A stretch of DNA of 56,038 nt, counting the filler, from Sphacelaria rigidula (lineage: Eukaryota): the NCBI GenBank assembly GCA_964200075.2. It is 6 parts of 6 records of this genome, joined end to end, with 100 filler letters (N's around TTAATTAATTAA, not from the genome) between each part and the next. Parts side by side here need not be neighbours in the genome. Positions count along the whole stretch, not along the records: positions 1 to 9,257 come from CAXNAA020008903.1; positions 9,358 to 18,614 come from CAXNAA020008904.1; 4 more parts are not named here. One strand, 5' to 3'. This document shows, in pieces, positions 1 through 9,676 of this stretch (positions are counted from its first letter, which is position 1; each line of letters opens with the position of its first letter). The notes beneath the pieces are model-generated. The model saw nothing but the letters and a program-made list of their open reading frames with translations. It did not search any database and had not been told where the DNA came from. Made by a program: the position numbers and the translations under genes.

Positions 1-279
1 GACCCACGCCATCAACCGCCGACAGCAAAGGTCCTATGGCTTTCACGAAACGCTGTCGGTAGTACGGCAGGCAAACCCGATCATAGCTAGTTTTCGTTGT
101 CCCCGTACTTCCTCCCGACCGAAGTTTGCAACGGGTATGAAAGCTAAACTGTTGATTTTTCTCAACTTTATCCACCAAATTCAAACGACGCTCAAGACCT
201 GAGGGAAGGTGGCCGCCTCGGGTCCGGTTAAACACTTCAACCACATTTTGTAGATGAACCCATTTTCTAGGATCCACTT

Positions 280-3035
280 TTATACGGACGACCTCATCCC
301 GCTCCCGACCTTCCTAAACCTATTTCGGAGGGTTTCTAGCCTTCCGTTCCCCCAAAGGGTCTGCGCGAAAGCACATCTTTGCCTCGATTTCGTGGTGAAA
401 AAAGGACATTTTTTTACCCCAAAATCGTGCTTTCGCACATAAACACGGATCTTACAAGTTGGGGATGGATCGTTTTTTGGGGAAGAGAAAATCGGAGAAT
501 TCAAAGCTTCGTATCAACACCAAATCTTCGAAATATGGTTCCATTTCTTCACCTTCTGATAGCTGTTGACAACTGCTACACGCCATAGAAATTTGGGTTC
601 CGATCACCGAAATGTTGCGGTCCTAGGTGAAAAACCAATTTCGGAACCTTTTTGGCGTTCGATCGGACACTGTGATGGTATATGACCGCGTGCGAGAATT
701 CAACTAGCCCCGTGGGACGTCACGATCGTTCTCACAAACGACTGGCGAGTAAGAAATGAGGATCCTGGTCGGAAGTGTGCTTGTGTAAAGCAGAAACTGG
801 ATTGCGGTAAGTTGAAATAGCAGTTGGAGTTAGATATGGTTTGCACATGATTAGTCGTGGGCGCACGTTACTACTGACGCTTTGACTGGCCACAGCATGG
901 CGCGTCAGGCTGATTTTGTAATATGGCAGTTGTATGCGTGGCTACAAAAAAGGTTTTTGCCAAAGGCCTCGCGCGCACACCTCTTTACTTGCGTTCTCCG
1001 ACCATCTAGCCATCTTTTGGGTGACGTAGAATTAATACAAGAAGGGTCTCCTGCTATCCTCTGCGCTACTGGCTACTGACACCCACTGGTCTGCAAGCCG
1101 TGACTAGCTAGCGTGAGTCACGTGTACCATAACTCCTCGCTTCTATTTTGTCTATCGATTGCACGCACGAGCATGGCGCCTGGTGTAACTTCCCCAGCAG
1201 CGAAATCGGTGTATTGAGATTGAAACCTGCAGTTTAGGGTAGCAAGCCGAACATAGGACCGCTGGCTAACACCACTCAAGGGTGTGGCTTGCTTGCATCG
1301 GCGTATACGGCATTACTGCTCTGCAGTATTGCTTTTACTACTACATATTGGGGCTTCAACGGTGGCTTGTTTCATTCCAGCTGTAGGGTTTTCTCTCTCG
1401 CTCGGCCGCTGTTGCGCGCCAGCCTGCATATTTTCGTATTTGTTGCTTGACTTGAGTATTGGCAGACCAGACCTCGGGCGTCTGGTTTTGGTTTTTCAGA
1501 GACAGCTGTCTTCATTTCTCCTTGCAGTTCGACAGCTGGTCTGACCACAGGCCACAGATGGCTCACAATGTGCCCACTTCCGTCTCAGACAGTGACGAAG
1601 GCACCGTCAGGCGCTTGAGGCGCGCGCGCATTCGCGGGCTCTCCTTTGGTGTACAACCAACCTTTTCCCGATCCACAAGTCATTGACACAGTGCAGATAA
1701 CCATGCCATGAAGAAGGAGCTCTCTCTGGTACCGTTATACAACGTGCGCAGAGAATAGCATGCTATCGCGCAAATTCGATTTGTACAACCGTTCCCTTTT
1801 TTATCCACAAACGTGTGTCTGAAAATACAGCGCTGACGTTTTTCTTGTTTCAGCATGACCGTTCTGGACACACTTCTACATTCTCCCCTCTGCTCCACAT
1901 CCCCCGTTCATTTCTCGTCGGCCCTGTACTCGCCGAGCCGATCGATAAGTGTGTAACTGCCGATCTTTACCGGCAGGCAGGGTCCACAGGGGCTGTTTTA
2001 AATTCACACCGCTGTACAGACGGTAAACTCCTTTATACGTTGACAGAACGTGACGTCCAACTGCCCGATACGTACATCTATGCTGCACTCATGCCAAACA
2101 TGGTTCAGTGCGATGAAATTCGGTCTGTACACCCGACCGGATATCCAACATCCAACTTGGGACGTTCACAACCACGGACGAGCTCTTACATTTCCCCGAT
2201 ACCCACGAATACACATCTTCATACATGTACAACGCCCAGATCCCTAATCAACCTTTTGATTTCCACTCTGCCTACACCACGTACTACTACAAGTACGCAT
2301 ACCATGTCTGATGTCGAACGCACGCCGGGAATACCTGTCCAAGGTACACTCGCAGACGGTGCCTCCTCCTCGGACAACGGTATGACCAGGTCTGGTAGTG
2401 TCGATAGCAACGGTCAGGACCCAGGCGTGGACGATTTTTTTCATCACGGTCATGCTTTCGTCAATACAACTGTCGACGTGGATACGGGGGCCAATCCCCC
2501 TTTGGCCCCCACCCTTCTGACCACTGAAAACAGTGACGCCCCACTCCAGTCAACCGCTGCAGGCGGTGACACAAATTTGACACTGATAGAAACCGCTTTC
2601 CCCCCCGTAGGTGTTAAACCGGATATAGACTTTATACCCTCAACCGTGGACCAGGTGAAATCTAGCCCCACCGCAACGCGCCGTCCGAAAAAAGCGAGGG
2701 ACAAAGCGCAAACATAGTTTCACCACTCACGCCCGGACACCCAATTCTCTCGAAATTATTTCTTCACCTCGGATCCTAAAATTTCGGTTATCGAGATTCA
2801 AATTTCTATGACGTGTAGTAGTTGTCAATAGCCATCAGTAGGTGAAGAAATGGAACCATATTTCGAAGATTTGGTGTGGATACGAAGATTTTAATTCTCC
2901 GGGTTTCTCATCCCCAGTAAAAGATCCATACCCAATTTGTAAGATCCCGTGTTCATACCATTTGGGGAACGGAAGGCTGCAATTTCCCAGAAATATTTTA
3001 GGCGGGTCGGGAGGGACGGAGTCATCCATATGAAA
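280..3035. mobile_element. Putative non-autonomous DNA element with long imperfect inverted repeats (~280-645 and ~2745-3035)
   Basis: 521-594 (caaatcttcgaaatatggttccatttcttcaccttctgatagctgttgacaactgctacacgccatagaaattt) is the reverse complement, with substitutions, of ~2800-2873. The match continues to ~290-360 versus ~2955-3025 across one ~75-bp indel. No transposase is seen and the ends are approximate. Confidence 0.6.
2304..2717 (+). CDS. Possible 137-aa low-complexity ORF or exon (S/T/D/P-rich, basic C-terminus RRPKKARDK) inside the inverted-repeat element
   Basis: ATG in an ACC-ATG context, protein-like composition. It is the 3' half of ORF 1815..2717. No recognisable domain. Confidence 0.3.
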   Translation: MSDVERTPGIPVQGTLADGASSSDNGMTRSGSVDSNGQDPGVDDFFHHGHAFVNTTVDVDTGANPPLAPTLLTTENSDAPLQSTAAGGDTNLTLIETAFPPVGVKPDIDFIPSTVDQVKSSPTATRRPKKARDKAQT

Positions 3036-4271
3036 ACCATTTGTCATAAATTTGGGTCAGAAAAAGCACAGCTTTTGAGTTGAACCTCATTTTGTTTTTA
3101 ACCCCATTTTCGAGAGTTTACTGTTTGTTGTTGGCCCTTTTGGGACCGACTCTCCACTGACACAGGGTCAACCCTATGTTAGTGGAATAACAAAAAATAC
3201 GTCTTCGAGCGACCTGCCCAATCACGACGGGGCGAAATTTATCGACCAGACCCGAACGACCAGCGCCGGGATTGTTGGCGAGTGTGATGCCACTGCAAAG
3301 ATCGTGTGGGGGCCCTATCCCTGGCCCAGATAAGCCTTCTCAGGTTTCCAAGTACAGGGCGGTAGGAGCTTGGCTTTATGGTATTTCTTGCACTCAGTAC
3401 AGCATTCCCGAGTTTTTCCGGCGTTTGTTTGGGTCACAGTTCTATACTAAAACGTAGTAATTACACTAATACAGGGTTGATCGGAAAAAAACAGGAAGGA
3501 ATGTACATCCTACAATGTGATCATTCTCACGAGGCTCTAAACCCAGGTGGGCCGTGAAAGACAAAAGGAGCTACCGTCATGAATTCTGCTTATCCCTCTG
3601 GCAATGACTTGCACTGTGCACTTCGTTAATATGTACGTAGTGGGCGGGGATGAAGAAGCGGTATATAGGCAGTTGATCTCGGTAGCTGAGAATTGCCCAA
3701 AACGTGCAAGGGAGTATGTAGCGACATCTGCTGCTGCAGACGGAGAGGCGTACTGCACTATACTGTACTACGTGTAACAATGTTTTCGTGAGGTTGAGAG
3801 TTCAAGCTACGATTGAGAGTAGGGCTTGAATTCGAACGACGGGTTTGGCGTGCCTTTCCGATTAACGGACGAAACAAGCGGGTAGCGTCATGTAGTCGGG
3901 AAAAAATCAAATAACAGTGGATCCTGAAAAATGAGGTCGATCGAAAAAATGAGGTTCAAGTGATATTGTTTTTTTCAGGGATGACGCGAAACAGTAACTC
4001 AGAGCGAAACCATCTTTCCCCCCAAAACTCTGCACCAGTGAATCATCAGTTGCGGCTAAATGCACCGAATGACTGCAGTTTACACGCGTGTCGACGACGA
4101 TATCACCAGAGAGAGAAGCAACGACAGAGGGGAAGCTCCTCGCCCGTGTCCTTTGTGTGCCCTCGCTGGGCAATTACCAATCGCTCGAGAGACTGGGGCC
4201 ATGCAAGTTACCAGCACGTACCGAATTTCTCATGCGCCGGTAGGTATCCCCAAAGAACATGACCCAGGTTT

Positions 4272-6746
4272 AAGATTGGGTCGCCCTGATTTTCGGGTTT
4301 GTCGTTTACTAATTCGAGCATGACCCAGGCGGTGACTACCATACCCAGGAGTTCCAGGAGGTCAATGGTGATCGTGCATGTTTCGCGAAGTTGAGCTTTT
4401 TTTTTAGTTCTGCGGTAAGTTCCGGTGGTAAGCCGTATCTCCAGTATGTTCTTTTCTCTGGGCAGTAGCCGCCTACGGCTTCGAAGCTTGCGTCCGAGAG
4501 GTAGTGCCGGTGGGCAGGTCACTTTACTATGGAGTAGCAGGGTGCACTCAGAGATTCACCATGCTGCAGGAGTTTGGCCTCGATCGCCCACTTCCATAAA
4601 TTCAGGTCGGCATGAAATTCTTGGCCTATCTCTACTATACGGCTCTGGTTGTCTCTCGCTCTAGAATAGTGGAGCCCTGCAAGTCGCAGAGTCCCCCAGA
4701 CGAAATACTCTCCTGGTCGCATTGCGTATGTGAGGTTCCACAGCTTTCCTGTCAGGCTCAATATTTTTCTAGCAGTCGCTGAACGTCGAGTTGGGGGCCA
4801 CTCGGTTAGCAACGTTTGTCGGAGCGCCTCAACCTTCTCGCGGGATACGGAAACCCGCATAGTGTGCGAGTTACCGATCAGGCCCAACGGCTCCATCTCA
4901 GTATCCCAATTTGTACTTTTCATGGGGGCTAGGATAGGTGTCTCGCCTTCTTCTCCGTTGCCGAAGAGTCTGACGTGGTCGGATGCGAGGGACGCGGGCG
5001 CGATCAAAGCGCTCGTGTCGTCATCGGAGTGCTGTACGCGAATCTGCAGATAGTCGTCTACGTACACTGACGTGAAGAATTTATCATGTAAGCCTCCTGC
5101 TGGGTGTGGGGTGGTCGTAGAATCTTTTGGAATTGGTGTGGGGTCCCCCGTTTCCCACCTATCGACTATCTTTACGTGAGCCGTCATCTCTTTGCCTTTT
5201 GGCAGTAAAATCGCGTTGTCAATGTTCGTGTGGCAGTGGGCGTGTTCCACCGCCAATGCCAATACTCCCCAGAAACCTGGCAAGCCTGACCAGCCGAACG
5301 TGAGCCGGAAGTGACACACGACCAGGTTATCCACGACGTAGCCGAATTGATGGGCGTGGTCTGGATTTATCATCCATTACGGAACGCATCCGATACGTCT
5401 GCCTTTGTCATTAGTATGCCTTTTTTCGGGTATTTTTTCCGTAACGAAATGAGCTCTTGTGGGAACTTCTGCAGCGCTTCTCCGCATAAACAGGCCGGCA
5501 CGTCTTCAGGGTTCGTGTCACCGTTCAACCCTCCTTTTTTTTCCCGAGTACGTTGCGCGTCGAAAGACAAATCGTTGATTATGCGGACTTTGTGCGTGGT
5601 TACTGCTCCCAGGGGGGACAACCGCAGGTTCGAGATTTTTTGGGCGGCCGACTTTTCGACTATCAGACACACTCCCCTGCGTACATCATCTCCCAGGTTT
5701 TCCCATATTTTTGGTAGTTGATCGTGGGCGCTACTGTGGTTGCCATACTGTAGTGCACAGTCGAGGTTCTCTTGTGTGGGGGATGCAGTGACTGTCGCGC
5801 CGACGGGGACACCTATGAATACGATAGTAACGAGTTCGTCTGTCTGCGAGAAACCCTTTTCCTCCCCGAAATACTTCCTGATCTCGTGCGGGTCTACCGG
5901 CGGCGTGTCTAGCGGTCCCCCGATAGACCTCGCGACATCCCCACCGCGTCCACCGTGTTTTTTCTGTGACACACGTGCAGATATTTGCGAGGCTGTACAG
6001 TATGCCTTCCTTTTTCTTGGCTATGATACCTGATTTTTCCAACTGTTCTTTTTCTGAGTACCACCGTGTCACTAGTTCAGCGTCAGACTGTCCCGACTCA
6101 TCTCCACCGTTAGGAGGCGGCACCGCTGCCGACCCGTTAGACTGAAAACCAACAATGACACGTCTGGTTTCTGTTCTACACTGGACGCGGAACTACTGGC
6201 TCCTTGATGCGTTGAGGAATTACTAGCGGGGTAACTGGCCCCTGGTTCGCCGAAAGGGTAACTGGCCCCGTGTACACCGAGGTGGTAACTGATCCTACGA
6301 TCGCTGATGGAGTAACTGGCCTCGTGCTCACTGGAGGGGTAACTGGCCCCATGGTCACTACTGGGGTAACTGGCCCCACGGTTAGTGAAGGAGTAACTGG
6401 CCCCATGGTCACTTAAGGGGTAAGTAGCCCCATGCTCGTTTAATGGGTAACTGGCCCCACGGTCACTACTGGGGTAACTGGCCCCACGGTCACTCAAGGG
6501 GTAACTAGCCCCATGATCGCTTAAGGGGTGATTGGCCCCACGGTCACTCAAGGGGTAACTGGCCCCACGTTCATGAATGGTGTAACTGGTCCCCGATGCA
6601 TGAAAAACTGGTGTGGCTTGTTCTAATGAGCCAGGGGTTACTGTTGTCGGTGGCGCTACGCCGACCGCCTGTGAGAGCAAAACTGAGTGGTTGTCTGCTA
6701 TCTGGTGGGTTACGCGATCATGTCCTGAACTAACTGACGCGACATG
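4272..6746 (-). pseudogene. Disrupted pol (reverse transcriptase + RNase H) of the DIRS-like element
   Basis: The reading frame is split across ORFs 6072..6680, 5731..6123, 5370..5972, 4519..5373 and 4208..4522. Frameshifts lie near 6120, 5970, 5373 (DAFRN/INPD) and in the A-run at ~4400. An in-frame TGA at 4519-4521 precedes PAHRHYLSDASF. Confidence 0.85.
6216..6593 (-). repeat. 27-bp coding minisatellite, 14 copies (9-aa unit GASYPLSDR/H)
   Basis: Exact 27-nt period (6593 to 6242 is 13x27). All units stay in frame in ORF 6072..6680. Confidence 0.95.
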
Positions 6747-8513
6747 CTAGCGAGGACACACTGATACCCCGTTTCCTTCGTAACCATGATTTCCCATGTG
6801 CTCACCACCCCGGCCGCAAGGCACCGCTACCTCTGTCTGCTCTTTACATCTCTCACCATGAAACACGGTCACTGGGACCGACCCAGGTGAAGGTGCCCCG
6901 ATAAGCCCCACGGACCTAGAGGCGTCCGCAAACATCGTGTTCACGTCGCTAACCGCTTCCCCTGTCAATGTCGGCCCTGCCGGTGGGCAGAGCCCGCGCC
7001 CTCTTCCGCTCCCGTTTCCTCTCCCGCCGGCGGCGCTTCCCCCCCTTCCCTCGCTGCGCCCTCCGTAGCTGTGTGAGTAACGTGCTACCGGTGCCGGGGC
7101 GGGCGCCGATCGCTGGTGCTGGTTAGCGGGCAGTCGGTGCACTTGAGGTAGTGTATGCTGTGTCGGGGTTGCCGGGGGCTGCGGGGGCGGGGGCGGGGGC
7201 GGGGGCGGTGTTTGGGCCGGCACTAGCGCTGTCGGCGTCAGCGTAGCCTGCGCCTGCCCGGATGCCAGTGGAGACACGATATCGTGTGAGAACCTACAGT
7301 AGTTCCGCGTGCACGGTTGGTTTTGCCAGTGGTAGATGCAAACGTCCTTCGGGGTCTGCCACTGGACCTTTCTCTGCGCGAAGGTCAACAGGGGTTCCGC
7401 CGGCGTGGTGTTGCTCGAGGAGGGGGGAGCTGCGGAGCCTGCCTGCGACATCGCTTTACGTTTTTCTTGGGGTTTTGCCTCCCCGACCAGCCAGAATGCA
7501 GATTTTTCGACGAAGCAGTTGGGCCCGTCGTCGGTGACGAGGGCTTTTAGTTTTGTAAAAGCCGGCGCCGCTACCAGCGCTCCCCTCATCGACGGCGGAA
7601 CGACGGCCGGATATGTCCTCCGGAGCTGTTGTGCCTGAAGTTCCACCCGGTAGAAGAACTCCTCGATGCCGGTGTCCATGCCTGGTAGGAGCGTGGCGCG
7701 GACCGTCGTTCTATGTGGGTACAATGATGTGTGATGATAATCTGAATACTCCCTTACTTGGTTAGCTACTGATTCGAACTCCGACTGAAGGGCGCGCGTG
7801 CGTGTCTTGCAGAGGTCGGGAGCGTGCTTCATGGGGGTGAGCGAAACCGTGAACAGGGACGCGACGAACGTGTGAAAATGTACATCAGCCGGCATGTCCA
7901 TGGGGGTCGAGCCTGGTGGCACCGGTTTTTTTAAGTCCGTTGTCTTGAAATTAGCCAGGTCTTGCAGCTGATTGGCGGACGCGTGCGTAACGTGAGCCAC
8001 CTTCTTCAGCGTGAGTTGTTGGAGGTGGAAGGTGAGATCTTCATTCACGTCAACGCCCCCCCTCAAGAGGAAAAACATTGGGCCAGTGATGGCCCGCCAC
8101 GAGTCGACAGCACGTTTGACATTTGCTTTTATACCCGCCTGTTCAGCTGCGGTCCGTTGTGCCGCCGCTTGCGCGCCAGCTGCTGAAACCTGCGGGTGTG
8201 GTGGTTGTTGCCATCCGTTCCCAATCTGTAGCGGTAGTTGCTGTGGAGGGAGCTGCGGGAGTTGTAGCGGCTGCGGCTGCTGGTTATTCTCGACAGCCTG
8301 CAGGCGATTGGTCATCTGGACGAATGCGGCCAGTATGTGCTGCTGAAAAGCCTGCTGCGACATCACGGGCGCTTGCAGTACGCCCTGGATTTGGTCGGCT
8401 GCCGCTGCTGCTGCCGCGTGTGGGTTATTATGCCCTGCCACCACCTCGCCGCCTTGGGGCGCTTGGCTCCCGCCGCCGTCTGTGGGAGGTCCACCGGCCC
8501 CTACCCCAGCCAT
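6747..8513 (-). CDS. Gag-like ORF1 of the DIRS-like element (588 aa, CCCH zinc finger)
   Basis: Uninterrupted 588-aa ORF with a Q/P/A-rich N-terminus, CIYHWQNQPCTRNYCRFSH (C-x8-C-x4-C-x3-H), poly-Pro and an RG-rich segment. It lies directly upstream of the RT. Confidence 0.8.
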   Translation of the reverse strand: MAGVGAGGPPTDGGGSQAPQGGEVVAGHNNPHAAAAAAADQIQGVLQAPVMSQQAFQQHILAAFVQMTNRLQAVENNQQPQPLQLPQLPPQQLPLQIGNGWQQPPHPQVSAAGAQAAAQRTAAEQAGIKANVKRAVDSWRAITGPMFFLLRGGVDVNEDLTFHLQQLTLKKVAHVTHASANQLQDLANFKTTDLKKPVPPGSTPMDMPADVHFHTFVASLFTVSLTPMKHAPDLCKTRTRALQSEFESVANQVREYSDYHHTSLYPHRTTVRATLLPGMDTGIEEFFYRVELQAQQLRRTYPAVVPPSMRGALVAAPAFTKLKALVTDDGPNCFVEKSAFWLVGEAKPQEKRKAMSQAGSAAPPSSSNTTPAEPLLTFAQRKVQWQTPKDVCIYHWQNQPCTRNYCRFSHDIVSPLASGQAQATLTPTALVPAQTPPPPPPPPPQPPATPTQHTLPQVHRLPANQHQRSAPAPAPVARYSHSYGGRSEGRGGSAAGGRGNGSGRGRGLCPPAGPTLTGEAVSDVNTMFADASRSVGLIGAPSPGSVPVTVFHGERCKEQTEVAVPCGRGGEHMGNHGYEGNGVSVCPR

Positions 8514-9027
8514 GCCGTCTCCGTGTGGTGCCAGATCTTCAACTCCGCCTGCTTGAGCCGCGCTCCCGCCTATACCAACATGATGTAAAAGTCGATTGAT
8601 CCTCTGCGAAGCGCGCTACTTCTTGCCTACTTCTACCTACTTGTGCTGCTTAGACCAGTAGGCCGCTGCTAGATGAAGGCTACTCGTTGCTGGTGACAGT
8701 ATCTGTACGCGTGTGTACGCCAGCCTAGCTGCGATGGCCAACTTTTCTACTGGCAGCGGCACTGCCGCTGAGAAACAAGGACAGACGACGCACCACATAA
8801 ATTAGCACGTCTATTTTTTCTGTACCTACGTCCTACATCGTCAGAATTCGTACACCCCTCCGCAAAGACCGCTTTCATACTGAACACTACATTCTTTTCC
8901 CTCGTGGTATTCTTCTCCGCGCGCCGCAAATTATAATTTTGAGTTAAAGCCTTCAACGAACATACATGCCGTGGACCTATGAGATCGGCCAAAACAAATC
9001 GACAGCATTTTTTCGATCGAAAAACTA

Positions 9028-9051
9028 TTTACTATTATTATTTTTATTATT

Positions 9052-9117
<66 letters not shown>

Positions 9118-9200
9118 ATTATTACTATTTTTATTATTTTTATTGTTGTTGTTGTTGTTATTGTTGTTGTTATTATTATCAATATTATCAATATTATTAA
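9028..9200. repeat. Compound (TTG)n/(TTA)n microsatellite
   Basis: Directly visible. It lies ~60 bp from a contig end. Confidence 0.95.
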
Positions 9201-9257
9201 TGACGAAAATGATCCCCCGCTCCAATACTGGGATCAAGTAACCGTGTGATCCTTCTC

Positions 9258-9357
9258 NNNNNNNNNNNNNNNNNNNNNNNNNNNNNNNNNNNNNNNNNNN
9301 NTTAATTAATTAANNNNNNNNNNNNNNNNNNNNNNNNNNNNNNNNNNNNNNNNNNNN
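9258..9357. other. Artificial contig linker (N44-TTAATTAATTAA-N44)
   Basis: Exactly 100 nt, with stops in all six frames. Identical to the four other linkers. Confidence 0.98.
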
Positions 9358-9449
9358 CCGCGCGCGGCCCGGCGTACCGGGTGGTCCCCCCTCCCTTTGG
9401 GGGGGGGAGGCCTTTTCCGCGCGCCCTCGGCGTTTTTTTTTTTTTTGTG

Positions 9450-9607
9450 ACGTCTTAGTCTGCTATGTCGTTCTGTTCCATCCCCCCCCTTTTTTTCTTC
9501 TCAGAGCGTGTTCCAGTTTCGTTTTTCTTGAGGACGTCTATCATGAGACCATGGCTGGACCCCTGGGGGGTCAGTTAAAGTGCGATAATCAAGCAATCAA
9601 TCAAATC
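9450..9607 (+). mobile_element. Retroposon 3' end with (AATC)n tail (family shared with 15890-16071 and 44500-44840)
   Basis: cttagtctgctatgtcgttctgttc...gtctatcatgagaccatggctggacccctggggggtcagttaaagtgcgataatcaagcaatcaatc recurs at 15894-16070 and, inverted, at 44500-44835. Confidence 0.75.
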
Positions 9608-9676
9608 GATCATCACAATACCACCTTGGTAATTCCCACTTTCGCGGTGGACCTTCGTTGGTGCTGGGACTCTCAG

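Larger units (their letters stand above)
4272..8513 (-). mobile_element. DIRS-order (Ngaro/DIRS-like) retrotransposon, decayed and 3'-truncated
   Basis: Order on the minus strand is gag-like ORF with CCCH finger, then RT (LSPLGAV..KVRIINDLSF, KADVSDAFRN, RLTFGWSGLPGFWG, VYVDD), then RNase H (YLSDASFEAVGG, IDLLELLGMV). These motif styles are typical of tyrosine-recombinase retroelements. No protease or DDE integrase is seen. Similarity ends at ~4272, before the last RNase H Asp. Confidence 0.85.

Noticed and set aside
3200-4270. Tyrosine recombinase ORF of the DIRS element
   Set aside because: No ORF with R..HxxR..Y catalytic motifs is visible. The element appears truncated within RNase H.
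6216-6593. CRISPR-like appearance of regularly spaced gtaactggcccc motifs
   Set aside because: The period is only 27 nt, the intervening parts are related to each other, the array is in-frame coding, and there are no cas genes.
8931-9241. Poly-L/C/N/T ORFs (also poly-Q/H ORFs at 24119-24471)
   Set aside because: These are translations of trinucleotide microsatellites.
9302-9313. TTAATTAATTAA as a biological repeated motif
   Set aside because: It is always centred in 44+44 Ns, so it is a synthetic six-frame-stop spacer.
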